Part shown: positions 1 to 10,023 of the stretch, piece after piece
Layout of the letters: the number at the start of each line of letters is the position of its first letter
Position numbering within the stretch: position 1 is the first letter of the stretch
Assembly: GCA_043822705.1 (NCBI GenBank)
Contig: JBDRBK010000128.1
Coordinates: 1 to 44,485 of the forward strand
DNA: 44,485 nt
Direction: 5' to 3'
Origin: Fidelibacterota bacterium
Lineage (GTDB): Bacteria; Fidelibacterota; Marinisomatia; Marinisomatales; TCS56
The notes under the pieces: model-generated
Database searches by the model: none
Told to the model about the DNA's origin: nothing
What the model saw: only the letters and a program-made list of their open reading frames with translations
Program-made: the position numbers and the translations under genes

Positions 1-498
1 TACCCGGTGGTGATCCCCGGCGTCAACAATATGTATTTCCTGAAAACGGCCCTGAACGCCCAGCGCAAGGCCCGCGGCGAAGAAGAACTGGACGCGATGG
101 ATTTCCTGACGCTGATCAAGGCCAAGATCAAGGACGTCAAGCTGGATGAAAGTTTCCTGCACCGGGCCGTGAACGAAGGCTTTTCCGGTGGCGAAAAAAA
201 GCGCAACGAAATCCTGCAGATGATCACCCTGGAACCGAAACTGGCGATCCTCGATGAGACCGATTCCGGTCTCGACATCGACGCCCTGAAAATCGTAGCC
301 GAAGGGGTCAATACTTTCCGCAGCCCGGAGCGCGGTTTTCTGGTGATCACCCATTACCAGCGCATCCTGAATTTTCTGGATGCGGACCGGATTCACGTCA
401 TGATCGACGGTCGAATCGTCAAATCCGGCGGCAGCGAGCTGGTGAACAAACTGGAAGCCGAAGGCTACGCCTGGCTCGATGACCCGGCTACCGTTTGA
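1..498 (+). CDS. sufC: Fe-S cluster assembly ATPase SufC (5'-truncated by window edge)
   Basis: Frame open from base 1 (YPVVIPGVNN...); signature VNEGFSGGEKKRNEILQ, Walker B ILDETDSGLDIDAL, ITHYQR. Confidence 0.97.
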   Translation, partial: YPVVIPGVNNMYFLKTALNAQRKARGEEELDAMDFLTLIKAKIKDVKLDESFLHRAVNEGFSGGEKKRNEILQMITLEPKLAILDETDSGLDIDALKIVAEGVNTFRSPERGFLVITHYQRILNFLDADRIHVMIDGRIVKSGGSELVNKLEAEGYAWLDDPATV

Positions 499-1823
499 CA
501 ACCCTGGCTAAATCGATGGACTCCACTTCAATTATTCAGCATTACCGACGTGAGTTTCAACGCTTGCATACTACCAACGGGTCGCTCACGGCCCTGCGTC
601 AGGCCGCCCTGGAACAATTCAGCGCTACCGGCTTCCCTTCGTCCAGACAGGAGGACTGGCGCAATCTGGACCTGGCGCCCGTCAGTAACAATTTTCAAAT
701 TGCGACCCCGGCTCCGGAACCGGATTATTTCGACGACCTGGATTTCAAATACCAGCCAAGCACGCCACGGCTGGTATTTGTGAACGGGTATTTCACCGCT
801 GAACTATCCGATCTGTCCCGGGTGCCGGAAGGGGTCATAATCAATAGCCTGACCTACCTGCTGAAGACCGATCCGGAGCAGGTCGCGGCGGCATTAGTCC
901 AATTGCCTGCCGATTCGAGCAACCCATTCGAACGGCTGAACACCGCCTTTTTCAATTCCGGCGTAAAGATCGATATTGCGGCTGGGATTGCCGATCCGGT
1001 GGCGCTACAACTGATTTTCATCACCAGACCAAAGGTCGACCGGCAGGTTTTCCAACTGCGCAACCTGATCAACATCGGCGCCGGCAGTCAATTGAACCTG
1101 ATCGAACAATATATCGGAATCGGCGATCACAATTATTTCAATAACGTCGTTACCGACGTGACCATCCGGGAAAATGGCGGTTTCAACTGCACGAAAATCC
1201 AGAATGAGACTCCGGCCGGGAACCAGCTTTCGACCACCAATTTGATTCAACAGGCCGACTCCCGCTCACAGGCGCTGGCCGTATCACTGGGAGGCCGGTT
1301 GGTCCGCAACAATACCCGGCTGAACCTCAACGGTTCCGGTGCCCGCGCCAGCCTGAATGGTCTCTATCTGGGCCGGGGCCGGCAGGTGATCGACAATCAC
1401 ACCCTGATCGACCACACCGCACCCGACTGCACCAGCACCGAGCTCTACAAGGGCATCCTGGACGAGGACGCCCAGGCGATCTTTAACGGCAAAATCATCG
1501 TTCGCCCCGACGCCCAGAAAACCGACGCCAATCAGGTCAACCGCAACCTGCTGCTGTCGAAAAACGCCCGGGTAAATACCAATCCGCAACTGGAAATCTA
1601 TGCCGACGATGTGAAGTGTTCCCACGGTTCCACCATCGGCCAACTGGATCCGGACGCCCTGTTCTACCTGCGTTCCCGAGGGATCAGCGCGGTTCAGGCC
1701 CAGGCACTGATGATCAACGGTTTCGCCAACGAAGTGTTACAGACCATCACCGATGAGATTACCCGCGAACTGGTCACGAACATGGTTAACGATTGGTTCA
1801 ACAACAGCCCGGAGATTTCCTGA
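495..1823 (+). CDS. sufD: Fe-S cluster assembly protein SufD
   Basis: N-terminal FP...EDWR motif, beta-helix, C-terminal PQLEIYADDVKCSHGSTIGQLD...LFYLRSRGI; TTGA overlap with sufC (alternative ATG at 516). Confidence 0.95.
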   Translation: MTTLAKSMDSTSIIQHYRREFQRLHTTNGSLTALRQAALEQFSATGFPSSRQEDWRNLDLAPVSNNFQIATPAPEPDYFDDLDFKYQPSTPRLVFVNGYFTAELSDLSRVPEGVIINSLTYLLKTDPEQVAAALVQLPADSSNPFERLNTAFFNSGVKIDIAAGIADPVALQLIFITRPKVDRQVFQLRNLINIGAGSQLNLIEQYIGIGDHNYFNNVVTDVTIRENGGFNCTKIQNETPAGNQLSTTNLIQQADSRSQALAVSLGGRLVRNNTRLNLNGSGARASLNGLYLGRGRQVIDNHTLIDHTAPDCTSTELYKGILDEDAQAIFNGKIIVRPDAQKTDANQVNRNLLLSKNARVNTNPQLEIYADDVKCSHGSTIGQLDPDALFYLRSRGISAVQAQALMINGFANEVLQTITDEITRELVTNMVNDWFNNSPEIS

Positions 1824-2272
1824 TGGACGAACTGCGCGAACTCTACCAGTCCCTGATCCTGGATCACAGCCAGCACCCCCATAATTTCAAGGTGCTGGAT
1901 GACGCCAATCGCACCGCCGACGGCCACAATCCGCTCTGCGGCGACCAGATTACGCTCTACATGAAAGTGGAAAATGACGTGATCAGGGAAATAAGCTTCC
2001 AGGGACAGGGCTGCGCCATCTCGAAAGCATCGACCTCGATCATGACGACGATCTTGAAAGGTAAGACCGTCAGCGAGGCCCAGGCGATATTCGATAAATT
2101 CCAGCACATGATTAAAACCGGCGAGTACGACATCGACGAGATGGGGAAACTGGCGGTACTGGCCGGCGTGCACAAATATCCGGTGCGGGTGAAATGCGCC
2201 ATCCTGCCCTGGCATACGGCCATCAACTCCCTCCAATCAACCGATCAATCCGCAATTTTTTCAACCGAATAA
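1823..2272 (+). CDS. sufU: SUF system NifU-family protein SufU
   Basis: LYQSLILDH, NPLCGD, GCAISKAS, RVKCA motifs; ATG 1823 overlaps sufD TGA. Confidence 0.93.
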   Translation: MDELRELYQSLILDHSQHPHNFKVLDDANRTADGHNPLCGDQITLYMKVENDVIREISFQGQGCAISKASTSIMTTILKGKTVSEAQAIFDKFQHMIKTGEYDIDEMGKLAVLAGVHKYPVRVKCAILPWHTAINSLQSTDQSAIFSTE

Positions 2273-2277
2273 TACCT

Positions 2278-2829
2278 ATGGCAAGTCACGAACAAGTCAC
2301 CTTTATCCGCGATTGCGCGGCGGTCGCAATTCCCTCCGGCGACCTGATCACAATCAAGTCCGGCGAAATCGCCTATATCACCCAGGCTCTGGGCGGAAAT
2401 TACACCCTGATGCTCAACGGTAACCTAGTCCAGATCGACGGCAAGGATGGTGATGCCATCGGCGAGGCGGCCGCGATCGACAACGCCGCGGTGGAGCCCT
2501 GCGAGGACCGTCAAGCCCCCGACGAGCACCTGATCCTGACCCAGCTCAGGACCTGCTACGACCCGGAAATTCCGGTCAATATCGTCGATCTGGGACTGAT
2601 TTACGATCTGGAAATCACACCCAAAAACGACTGTGACTACCGGGTTAATATCAAGATGTCGCTGACCGCTCCCGGCTGCGGCATGGGTGATTATATCGCT
2701 GCTGACGTGAAAAAGAAGGCGCTGATGGTCCCCGGCGTGACCGAGGCAAATATCGAGCTGGTCTGGGAACCACTCTGGAACCGGGAGATGATGTCCGACG
2801 CCGCCCGCCTCGAGCTGGGACTGTTCTGA
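2278..2829 (+). CDS. sufT: Fe-S cluster assembly protein SufT (DUF59 with N-terminal extension)
   Basis: QALGGNYT N-domain, YDPEIPVNIVDLGLIY, MSLTAPGCGMG, MMSDAARLELG; start moved to ATG 2278. Confidence 0.9.
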   Translation: MASHEQVTFIRDCAAVAIPSGDLITIKSGEIAYITQALGGNYTLMLNGNLVQIDGKDGDAIGEAAAIDNAAVEPCEDRQAPDEHLILTQLRTCYDPEIPVNIVDLGLIYDLEITPKNDCDYRVNIKMSLTAPGCGMGDYIAADVKKKALMVPGVTEANIELVWEPLWNREMMSDAARLELGLF

Positions 2830-4052
2830 TGGCGTTTGACGTTGCGAAAATCCGCCAGGATTTCCCGATCCTGCAGCGACCGGTCAACGGCAAACCGCTG
2901 GTCTACCTGGATAATGCCGCCACCACCCACAAACCGCAGGCGGTGATTGACGCGGTCAGCAAATTTTACGGTGAATACAACGCCAACGTCCACCGGGCGC
3001 TGTACCGCCACGCCGCCGAGGCCACCGAAGCCTACGAAGCCGTCCGCGATAAAGTCGCGCGACTGATCAACGCACCTGATCGGCGTTCGGTAATCTTCAC
3101 CAGCGGTACCACCGAGTCAATCAACCTGGTGGCCTACGCCTGGGGCCGCCATAACCTGCACCCCGGCGATGAAATTCTGGTGACGGAAATGGAACACCAC
3201 TCCAACCTGATCCCCTGGCAATTAACGGCGCGCGACACCGGCGCTGCTCTAAAATATATCCCCATTAAAACGGAGGGTACATTGGATTTGGATGATCCCG
3301 GTAAATATTTTACTCGGAACACTAAACTGGTGGCTTTCACCCACCAGTCCAACGTTTTTGGCACGATCAATCCCGCCAAAGAAATTGTTGCGATGGCCCG
3401 GAAGGTTGGCGCAATCACAATCGTCGACGCTGCCCAGAGCGTACCCCACCAGATGGTTGATGTGACCGATCTGGATTGCGATTTCCTGGCTTTTTCCGGC
3501 CATAAAATGTTGGGTCCCACCGGCGTCGGCGTCCTCTATGGCAGACCGGAACTGCTTGAACGGATGTCGCCATTTTTCGGCGGTGGTGAAATGATCCGGA
3601 CCGTTACCATGGAACAATCCACCTGGAATGAGATTCCCTGGAAATTCGAGGCGGGCACGCCCAAAATCGCCCAGGTGATCGGCTTGGGGGCGGCCATTGA
3701 TTATTTAAACGAATTGGGATTTGTTGCCATTGGCAATTATGAAAAAGAACTCACCGGTTACGCCCTGCAAAAACTAGCGGCTGTTGACGGAATGACCATT
3801 CACGGCAATGCTCCCCGGCGGGGACCGGTAATCAGCTTCAACCTGGCTGGTGTCCATCCTCACGACCTGGCCCAGTTTCTGGACGAAGAAGGTATCGCCA
3901 TTCGCGCCGGCCATCACTGCGCCCAGCCGATCATGCAACGTCTGGGAGTGCCGGCCACATCCCGCACCAGCATATATATTTACAATACCCGGGAGGAAGT
4001 GGATCGACTTATCCATGCAATCAACAAAACTGTTGCCTTTCTAACCGGCTAA
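2829..4052 (+). CDS. sufS: Cysteine desulfurase SufS
   Basis: VYLDNAAT, SGHKMLGPTG (PLP Lys), IRAGHHCAQP (catalytic Cys). Confidence 0.97.
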   Translation: MAFDVAKIRQDFPILQRPVNGKPLVYLDNAATTHKPQAVIDAVSKFYGEYNANVHRALYRHAAEATEAYEAVRDKVARLINAPDRRSVIFTSGTTESINLVAYAWGRHNLHPGDEILVTEMEHHSNLIPWQLTARDTGAALKYIPIKTEGTLDLDDPGKYFTRNTKLVAFTHQSNVFGTINPAKEIVAMARKVGAITIVDAAQSVPHQMVDVTDLDCDFLAFSGHKMLGPTGVGVLYGRPELLERMSPFFGGGEMIRTVTMEQSTWNEIPWKFEAGTPKIAQVIGLGAAIDYLNELGFVAIGNYEKELTGYALQKLAAVDGMTIHGNAPRRGPVISFNLAGVHPHDLAQFLDEEGIAIRAGHHCAQPIMQRLGVPATSRTSIYIYNTREEVDRLIHAINKTVAFLTG

Positions 4053-4140
4053 GCAAAATCAGCTTTTCACAGAATCATGCTTTCTGTTTAATTTGTTCAA
4101 TGGAAAATTCGCCCAGCTCTTAAATTGAAGATCATTACCG

Positions 4141-4572
4141 ATGAACGATAAGTTGACACGCATCTCCTGGGAACAGTATTTCATGAATATCGCCCACGAA
4201 GTGGCCAGCCGCTCGACCTGCGACCGGAAAAAAGTCGGGGCGGTGATCGTGCGGGAAAAGTCGATTTTGTCCACCGGTTATAACGGCAGTCTGCGCGGTT
4301 TGCCCCACTGTGACACAGTCGGTCATGAAATGGAAAACGGCCATTGTGTGCGGACGATCCATGCCGAGGCCAATGCCATCGTTCAGGCCGCCCGCAACGG
4401 CGTACGTATCGAAGGCGCTGAAATCTATGTCACGGCCTCACCCTGTTATAACTGCTTCAAGATGATCGCCAACGCGGGAATTAATAAGATATTTTTCGGT
4501 GAATTCTACCGTGACGAGCGGATTAAAAACCACGCCGCCGAACTGGGGATTAAGTTAATCCATCTGGTCTGA
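4141..4572 (+). CDS. dCMP deaminase / ComEB-family cytidine deaminase
   Basis: TGYNG, HAEANA and SPCYNC zinc motifs. Confidence 0.92.
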   Translation: MNDKLTRISWEQYFMNIAHEVASRSTCDRKKVGAVIVREKSILSTGYNGSLRGLPHCDTVGHEMENGHCVRTIHAEANAIVQAARNGVRIEGAEIYVTASPCYNCFKMIANAGINKIFFGEFYRDERIKNHAAELGIKLIHLV

Positions 4573-4589
4573 AAACCGGGCTACCTTCG

Positions 4590-5741
4590 CTAAAATTGGT
4601 AGCCCACGGTAAACAGCCCGGCAAAATAATTGAGATCAGCAGTATAGTCCCACCTTTCTTCATAAACCGCACCCAAATCATTTACCCAGCGGACGCCGAC
4701 CAGGAATTGATCCAGACGATACTCGACTCCTAAGACAAAACTGGCCTCTACCGCACTTAAATTATCAGCCATCCACAGGTCCCGGTCTTCACCGATACTA
4801 TACACTTCATCGTAATCTGCGTCCAGGACTGTACCGCTGATTATAAAATTACCGGCTAATCCGAGTAAAAGGTTAAAGTCACCCAATCTCCAGGGATATA
4901 TCAGATTCAGCGAAAGACCTTTTATTTTAGTCACTAAATTAAGATTATCACCCACATAATCGCTTGGTTCCCAGGAATGTCCCCGCTCGATGTAGACCAG
5001 TTCGGGCCTGAAATGCAGCCAGCCGATTGAATAATCCACCGCCGCCCCCAAATAGACGCTTCCACCAACGAAGTAATTGTAGCCGGTCTCAGTGGAATAG
5101 CGCGGGACCGAAACACCAAAACCACCGATTATTGAAAAACGTGGTTTTTCATCACGGGCGGTTTTCAGCGGCGGTTGTGACTCCGGGAGCACGGTCCGCT
5201 CGGTTGTCTGGTCCAGTTCGGTTACCGCGACAATCGGTGCCGGTGTCACGCTTTCAATGGCCGGTGGAGCCGCTTCGCCGGCGGCTAGTTCCCGCGCAAC
5301 TTGAGCCATCCCGGTTTTCAGCAACTCACCGATTTTACCCTCATGATCATAGGTGGCGATCCGGATGATCTCGGCCGTCTGGACGCTGACTATCCGGGCG
5401 GCGATCGAAAAAACATCTCCCACGCGGCTGACACTGCCGGAAATGATCTGGTCGACACCGATCAGGCGCCCCATCTCGACCATGCATTCATCGCTGGTGC
5501 AACCGGACATTTGAAAACCCTGTTCACTCAATATTTCATCCATCATCTCCCGCTCGATCACACGGAATTGACTGGTGCGGAACATTTCCGAGCGCAGGCG
5601 GTCGGTCAGAGCGCTGGCTTCCACCGCCGAGACATTTTTCCCGGTAAATTCGAGAACGGCGATATAGGTTTGACCGCTGGCAGCCGTGAGTAGTATCAAA
5701 AGAATAATAATGTCACGCGACCAGCGACGAAGAAATTTCAT
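4590..5741 (-). CDS. Secreted protein: CsgG/TolB-N-like domain, P/A/T linker and outer-membrane beta-barrel
   Basis: Signal peptide; IAVLEF...FRVIEREMMDEILSEQGFQMSGCTSDECMVEMGRLIGVD domain; amphipathic beta strands ending TVGYQF. Confidence 0.75.
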   Translation of the reverse strand: MKFLRRWSRDIIILLILLTAASGQTYIAVLEFTGKNVSAVEASALTDRLRSEMFRTSQFRVIEREMMDEILSEQGFQMSGCTSDECMVEMGRLIGVDQIISGSVSRVGDVFSIAARIVSVQTAEIIRIATYDHEGKIGELLKTGMAQVARELAAGEAAPPAIESVTPAPIVAVTELDQTTERTVLPESQPPLKTARDEKPRFSIIGGFGVSVPRYSTETGYNYFVGGSVYLGAAVDYSIGWLHFRPELVYIERGHSWEPSDYVGDNLNLVTKIKGLSLNLIYPWRLGDFNLLLGLAGNFIISGTVLDADYDEVYSIGEDRDLWMADNLSAVEASFVLGVEYRLDQFLVGVRWVNDLGAVYEERWDYTADLNYFAGLFTVGYQF

Positions 5742-5856
5742 TTTGCCCTCATTATTTGGTTGTAACTCAAATTCTGACCTTAATTACAATTGTAACAATT
5801 AGTGGAAAATACACAACAATTGTTATCCTTAAAATGAAAAACCATAGCGACGAAGA

Positions 5857-6372
5857 TCAAATACCGGAATCGCCAAAAACACTGTGATTGTAACATTCAG
5901 TAGCCAGCGACTGCGCCAGCATGGAACGAAACCGGTCCATTTTTTCATAGTCGAAAATTCTGAAATGCCGGGTGGACCGTACCAGATTTGCCTCGTTCCA
6001 GCGGTAATCAGTACTAAGCCGCACCGGTAACGGTTCGGAGCGCAACCAGTCTTCGTGCCAAGCCGCCAGTACGGCGGTTTCTTCCCGGTCACATTGCAGC
6101 GACAGGCCGATTTCCGCTTTTTTAATCTTCCGTTCAAACTGGCGCAATTCGCTGAATTCGAACTTTCCCCGGCTGAAATATTTATCCCTGATTTCCCAGT
6201 CGAAAGTGATCCGTTTCCCGGATCGGGTATCCACAATCACGCCGTCGTCGCGAAAATTCTCGGTCTGGTAAATCTGCATTACCAACGGCAGCCCGTCCCG
6301 GACGGCATTGAACAGCTCGGCGAATTTCCGTAGACTCTGTTCATGCCGGTCATACATGCTGGGACGCTTCAT
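5857..6372 (-). CDS. Hypothetical protein, putative PD-(D/E)xK nuclease fold
   Basis: ATG 6372 overlaps the MTase stop (ATGA); D-G-V-I-V-D...F-D-W-E-I-R pattern. Confidence 0.6.
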   Translation of the reverse strand: MKRPSMYDRHEQSLRKFAELFNAVRDGLPLVMQIYQTENFRDDGVIVDTRSGKRITFDWEIRDKYFSRGKFEFSELRQFERKIKKAEIGLSLQCDREETAVLAAWHEDWLRSEPLPVRLSTDYRWNEANLVRSTRHFRIFDYEKMDRFRSMLAQSLATECYNHSVFGDSGI

Positions 6373-7952
6373 GATCGGCTCTTGCGCTCCCGCTGGGCCA
6401 TCAGTTCGGCCGTCAATCGCCGGCACTCGTCGTAACGCCGGGTCAGTCCTAATGCTTCGAATACGATCGCGTCGATCGCCTGCCGATCCGGTTGTTCCAG
6501 TTCCTGCGGCCAGTTACCGATCGGTCGTCGCAGAAAGCCATCCAGATCGGCCGGAAAAACCAGACTGTCCGATCGCGGCAATGGAATTTTCAATAGATCG
6601 GATTTTACCAGCCGGACCGCTCCGCCGCCCAGACTTTTGCGGCCGAACAATTCTACCATCAACCAGATCCAGGTGGAATTCAACAACAGGGCCCAGGTTC
6701 GCTGGTTGATCCGGTCGAGTGGCGTCAGGCCATAAAACGTATGCTCGAACGGCAGATTGTCCCGGTTCCAGACCACCAGATGACGCCCGCCACGCAGATC
6801 GGTCCACAGCAGCGGCGCCTGCCGTAACCGGAACGGTACATTCTCCATCTGCAACCAATTACCAGCCTGGTTCCGGTAGAATTCAATGGCGGCGGTTTCC
6901 TTGGGCGAACGGATCGCCGCCGTCCAACCCGGATCGTCCGGTGTCCTCCGATAATATTTCCGATTATTGCCCGTAATAATCCCGGTTTTTACTGACAGTT
7001 GCTCGCCTAACGGTATCAATCGCGGATTGCTTAGCAACTCCGGTCGCAGCCAGTCCGGGCAACGGAAAAACGTACCGTACCAACCCAGTGGCGTCGCAGC
7101 CAATTCCTCTTGCTGAACCTGCCGGATCGCATCGCCGCGGTCGATAGCGACCAATCGACGTCGATCCACCGGTTGTTTGACAGCCGTGAAAATGATGGTG
7201 TTGACATCAACACTGAAATGCCGTGCGTCGCCGTTGTCGGACAATTCGACCAGTTGCAGTCCGCTACGGAACAACTGTCGCAGGCCGGCGCCAAAATCGT
7301 TATCCAGCCAGCCGTTGGGCACGATTACCGTCATAACGCCGTTCCGGTTCAGCACAGTGGCTACCCGCAGGATGAAATATAAATACAGATCGGACCGGGC
7401 CGAGACCGGCAACCCGGGCCAGTCACGCCGGGCCTGGCTGACGACCAGCGACTTGTATTCCGGCCGCAACAGTTCCTGGCGAACGTAGGGTGGATTGGCA
7501 ATAATGATATCGGGAAGGCTGGTAATTTCGGCGGTCAGAAAATCGATCAGCCGCAAATGCGGCCGGAAAGGCAGCGACCGGCGGCAGTGATTGATCATCG
7601 CCGGGTCGACATCGATGCCACAAATCCGTTCGTTGAGCCAATCCGGATCGGGACCGTTTCGATACAAATTCTGTATAACCATCAGTTCGCGGTGGAGCAC
7701 ATTCAGAAACACGCCCCGGCCCGCGGCCGGATCCAGGTAGGTATAACTGCTGAGTTTTTCCAACATGGAAACAGCGGTTTCCGGCGCGGCGCTGCCGCTG
7801 CGGAGTTCGGAGAATACAGTCTGAGTCAAATCGGGAAAATCGACTTTCAGGCGATGATACAGCGCCTGCCGGACCATTCTAATTGCCTCCGGACCGGCGG
7901 TGAAAACCACACCGGTTCCCGGTCGGGTTTCCGGTTTGAGTATTGCTGTCAT
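6369..7952 (-). CDS. N6-adenine DNA methyltransferase (gamma class, Eco57I/TaqI-like) with C-terminal TRD
   Basis: Motif I LDPAAGRGVFL, GIDVD, motif IV IIANPPY, DLYLYF, LLNS...GGG C-terminal region. Confidence 0.88.
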   Translation of the reverse strand: MTAILKPETRPGTGVVFTAGPEAIRMVRQALYHRLKVDFPDLTQTVFSELRSGSAAPETAVSMLEKLSSYTYLDPAAGRGVFLNVLHRELMVIQNLYRNGPDPDWLNERICGIDVDPAMINHCRRSLPFRPHLRLIDFLTAEITSLPDIIIANPPYVRQELLRPEYKSLVVSQARRDWPGLPVSARSDLYLYFILRVATVLNRNGVMTVIVPNGWLDNDFGAGLRQLFRSGLQLVELSDNGDARHFSVDVNTIIFTAVKQPVDRRRLVAIDRGDAIRQVQQEELAATPLGWYGTFFRCPDWLRPELLSNPRLIPLGEQLSVKTGIITGNNRKYYRRTPDDPGWTAAIRSPKETAAIEFYRNQAGNWLQMENVPFRLRQAPLLWTDLRGGRHLVVWNRDNLPFEHTFYGLTPLDRINQRTWALLLNSTWIWLMVELFGRKSLGGGAVRLVKSDLLKIPLPRSDSLVFPADLDGFLRRPIGNWPQELEQPDRQAIDAIVFEALGLTRRYDECRRLTAELMAQRERKSRS

Positions 7953-8177
7953 ACGCTTTTTCTAAAGATTATCACCGGTTGGTAATTAATTTCATCCTGG
8001 AAAAAAGTAAGCCCGGTTCCGGTAATCGTTTCTGTGCCAATCGCTGATTGCTTCCGGCTTGATAATAGACTGGCTGGTCGGTAAATTTCAACCACATTTT
8101 GAGGGTTGTATCACAGACTGACTCTAAATTACTCAGAAACATCTTAATAAGTACACACTCAACCAAGGAGACATGAA

Positions 8178-8930
8178 GTGAATATCATAGTCCTTGTTAA
8201 ACAAGTACCGGACACCGAAGCAAAAATCCGGATAGCGGATGACGGCAAGCATATCGATGAGTCGTCGCTGAACTTCGTTGTCAATCCCTACGATGAATTT
8301 GCCATCGAAGCGGCGCTCCAACTGAAGGAAGCTCACGGGGGTGAGATTACATTGATTTCGGTCGGACCCGATAGCGCCCTGGCAGCGTTACGTACCGGGC
8401 TGGCCATGGGGGCCGATAAAGCAGTATTGTTAAAAACCGCCGACAGTCGTTTCATGGATTCGTTCGCCGTCGCCAGGCTGCTGGCCGATGATATCAAGGG
8501 CCGCGAATACGATTTGGTCCTGAGCGGCAAAAAAGCGGTCGACACCGACGCCCAGCAGGTTGGCACACTGGTTGCGATGCAACTCGGTCTGCCGGTGATC
8601 ACTTCGATCGTCAAGTTGAATCTGGCCGATGGCCGGGTGACCGCTGAGCGCGAAATCGAAGGCGGCACCGAACAGGTGGCCTGTAATCTACCGGCTGTTT
8701 TGAGCTGCGAAAAAGGTCTGAACGAACCGCGCTATCCCAATCTCAAGGGAATCATGATGGCCAAGAAAAAGCCGATCGAAGAAAAGGAAACCGGAAGCGG
8801 GGGCATCGCCGCTGCGATCGCTTCCATGGAGTACCCACCCCAGAAGGCGGAAGGACGGATCGTCGGTGAAGGTTCCGCCGCTGCCGCCGGACTGGCCAAA
8901 CTGCTGCGCGAGGAGGCGAAAGTAATCTGA
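8178..8930 (+). CDS. etfB: Electron transfer flavoprotein beta subunit
   Basis: VKQVPDT, NPYDEFAIEAAL, LNEPRYP, KKKPI; RBS AAGGAG before GTG. Confidence 0.96.
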   Translation: MNIIVLVKQVPDTEAKIRIADDGKHIDESSLNFVVNPYDEFAIEAALQLKEAHGGEITLISVGPDSALAALRTGLAMGADKAVLLKTADSRFMDSFAVARLLADDIKGREYDLVLSGKKAVDTDAQQVGTLVAMQLGLPVITSIVKLNLADGRVTAEREIEGGTEQVACNLPAVLSCEKGLNEPRYPNLKGIMMAKKKPIEEKETGSGGIAAAIASMEYPPQKAEGRIVGEGSAAAAGLAKLLREEAKVI

Positions 8931-9895
8931 TGACTACAATATTATTCTATGCCGAACAACGTGATGGAGAACTGCGTAAAACCGCCGGTGAACTGGCCAC
9001 GGTAGCCTGCCGGCTGGCAACCGAAACCGGCGGCGAAGCTGTCGGAGTGGTGATCGGTTCCGAAGCAGCCGCCAACGGACTGGGCCAATTCGGTATCAGC
9101 AAGGTACATTCGATCGCAGATCCCAGTCTGTCTGATTATTCCACGACTGCTTATGCCGCAGCCCTGATAAAACTGACCGGCGAGCTCAAACCAGCCGTAA
9201 TTCTATTTGCCGCCTCCGCCATTGGGCGCGATCTGGCACCGGCGGTTGCGGGTCTGGCCGGTAAGTCGGTATACACCGACTGCACGCGGATTGGCTTCGC
9301 AGGAAGTGAGCTGTCTTTGCAGCGCCCGGTCTTCGCCGGTAAAACACTGCTCAACATCAAGGCTGCCGGCGAACCGGTTATCGTGTCGCTAAGGCCCAAC
9401 AGCTATCCGGCTGCGAAAAATCAGGTATCCGTCAGTGTTACCGCTTTCGCTCCCGGCCTGGATGACAGTGCCTATGCGGCTAAAGTCATCGAATTCACAC
9501 CCGCCACCGCGACCCGGCCGGAACTGACCGAAGCGGATATTATTGTTTCCGGAGGCCGTGGTATGGGTGGAGCAGAACGGTATACGGTGATCGAAAATCT
9601 GGCCGACACCCTGGGCGCCGCGGTCGGCGCCAGTCGCGCCGCTGTAGATGCCGGCTGGCGACCACACAGCGATCAGGTCGGGCAGACCGGCAAGACCGTT
9701 TCGCCCAAGCTGTACATCGCCTGCGGAATTTCAGGCGCCATTCAACATCTGGCAGGGATGTCCTCCAGCAAAGTCATCGTCGCCATCAACAAAGATCCCG
9801 AAGCACCAATTTTCAAGGCGGCAACCTATGGAATCGTCGGCGACCTCTTCGAGGTGGTTCCCGCACTGAATACGGAGCTTAAAGCCATTCTTTGA
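8930..9895 (+). CDS. etfA: Electron transfer flavoprotein alpha subunit
   Basis: VSGGRGMG, GASRAAVDAGW, QVGQTGKTV, GISGAIQHLAGM. Confidence 0.97.
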   Translation: MTTILFYAEQRDGELRKTAGELATVACRLATETGGEAVGVVIGSEAAANGLGQFGISKVHSIADPSLSDYSTTAYAAALIKLTGELKPAVILFAASAIGRDLAPAVAGLAGKSVYTDCTRIGFAGSELSLQRPVFAGKTLLNIKAAGEPVIVSLRPNSYPAAKNQVSVSVTAFAPGLDDSAYAAKVIEFTPATATRPELTEADIIVSGGRGMGGAERYTVIENLADTLGAAVGASRAAVDAGWRPHSDQVGQTGKTVSPKLYIACGISGAIQHLAGMSSSKVIVAINKDPEAPIFKAATYGIVGDLFEVVPALNTELKAIL

Positions 9896-9996
9896 GCCAG
9901 GCCGTATTAGCCAATTTTCTGTTCGTCGTCGGAATCGTAATCCTGATTCTGACGCTGCGGCACTGGCTTACCAGATCCAGAGATAAATCCGAATAA
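9892..9996 (+). CDS. Putative 34-aa single-pass membrane peptide (not in ORF track)
   Basis: TTG overlaps etfA TGA; MSQAVLANFLFVVGIVILILTLRHWLTRSRDKSE*; stop abuts terminator. Confidence 0.5.
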   Translation: MSQAVLANFLFVVGIVILILTLRHWLTRSRDKSE

Positions 9997-10023
9997 AAAA
10001 AGCCCCAATCGGGGCTTTTTTTT
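9995..10023. terminator. Bidirectional intrinsic terminator
   Basis: A7-GCCCC-AATC-GGGGC-T8. Confidence 0.9.

Noticed and set aside
1793..2277. Longer starts for sufU (1793) and sufT (2194) from the ORF track
   Set aside because: They overlap upstream genes; ATGs at 1823 and 2278 match family N-termini and operon spacing.
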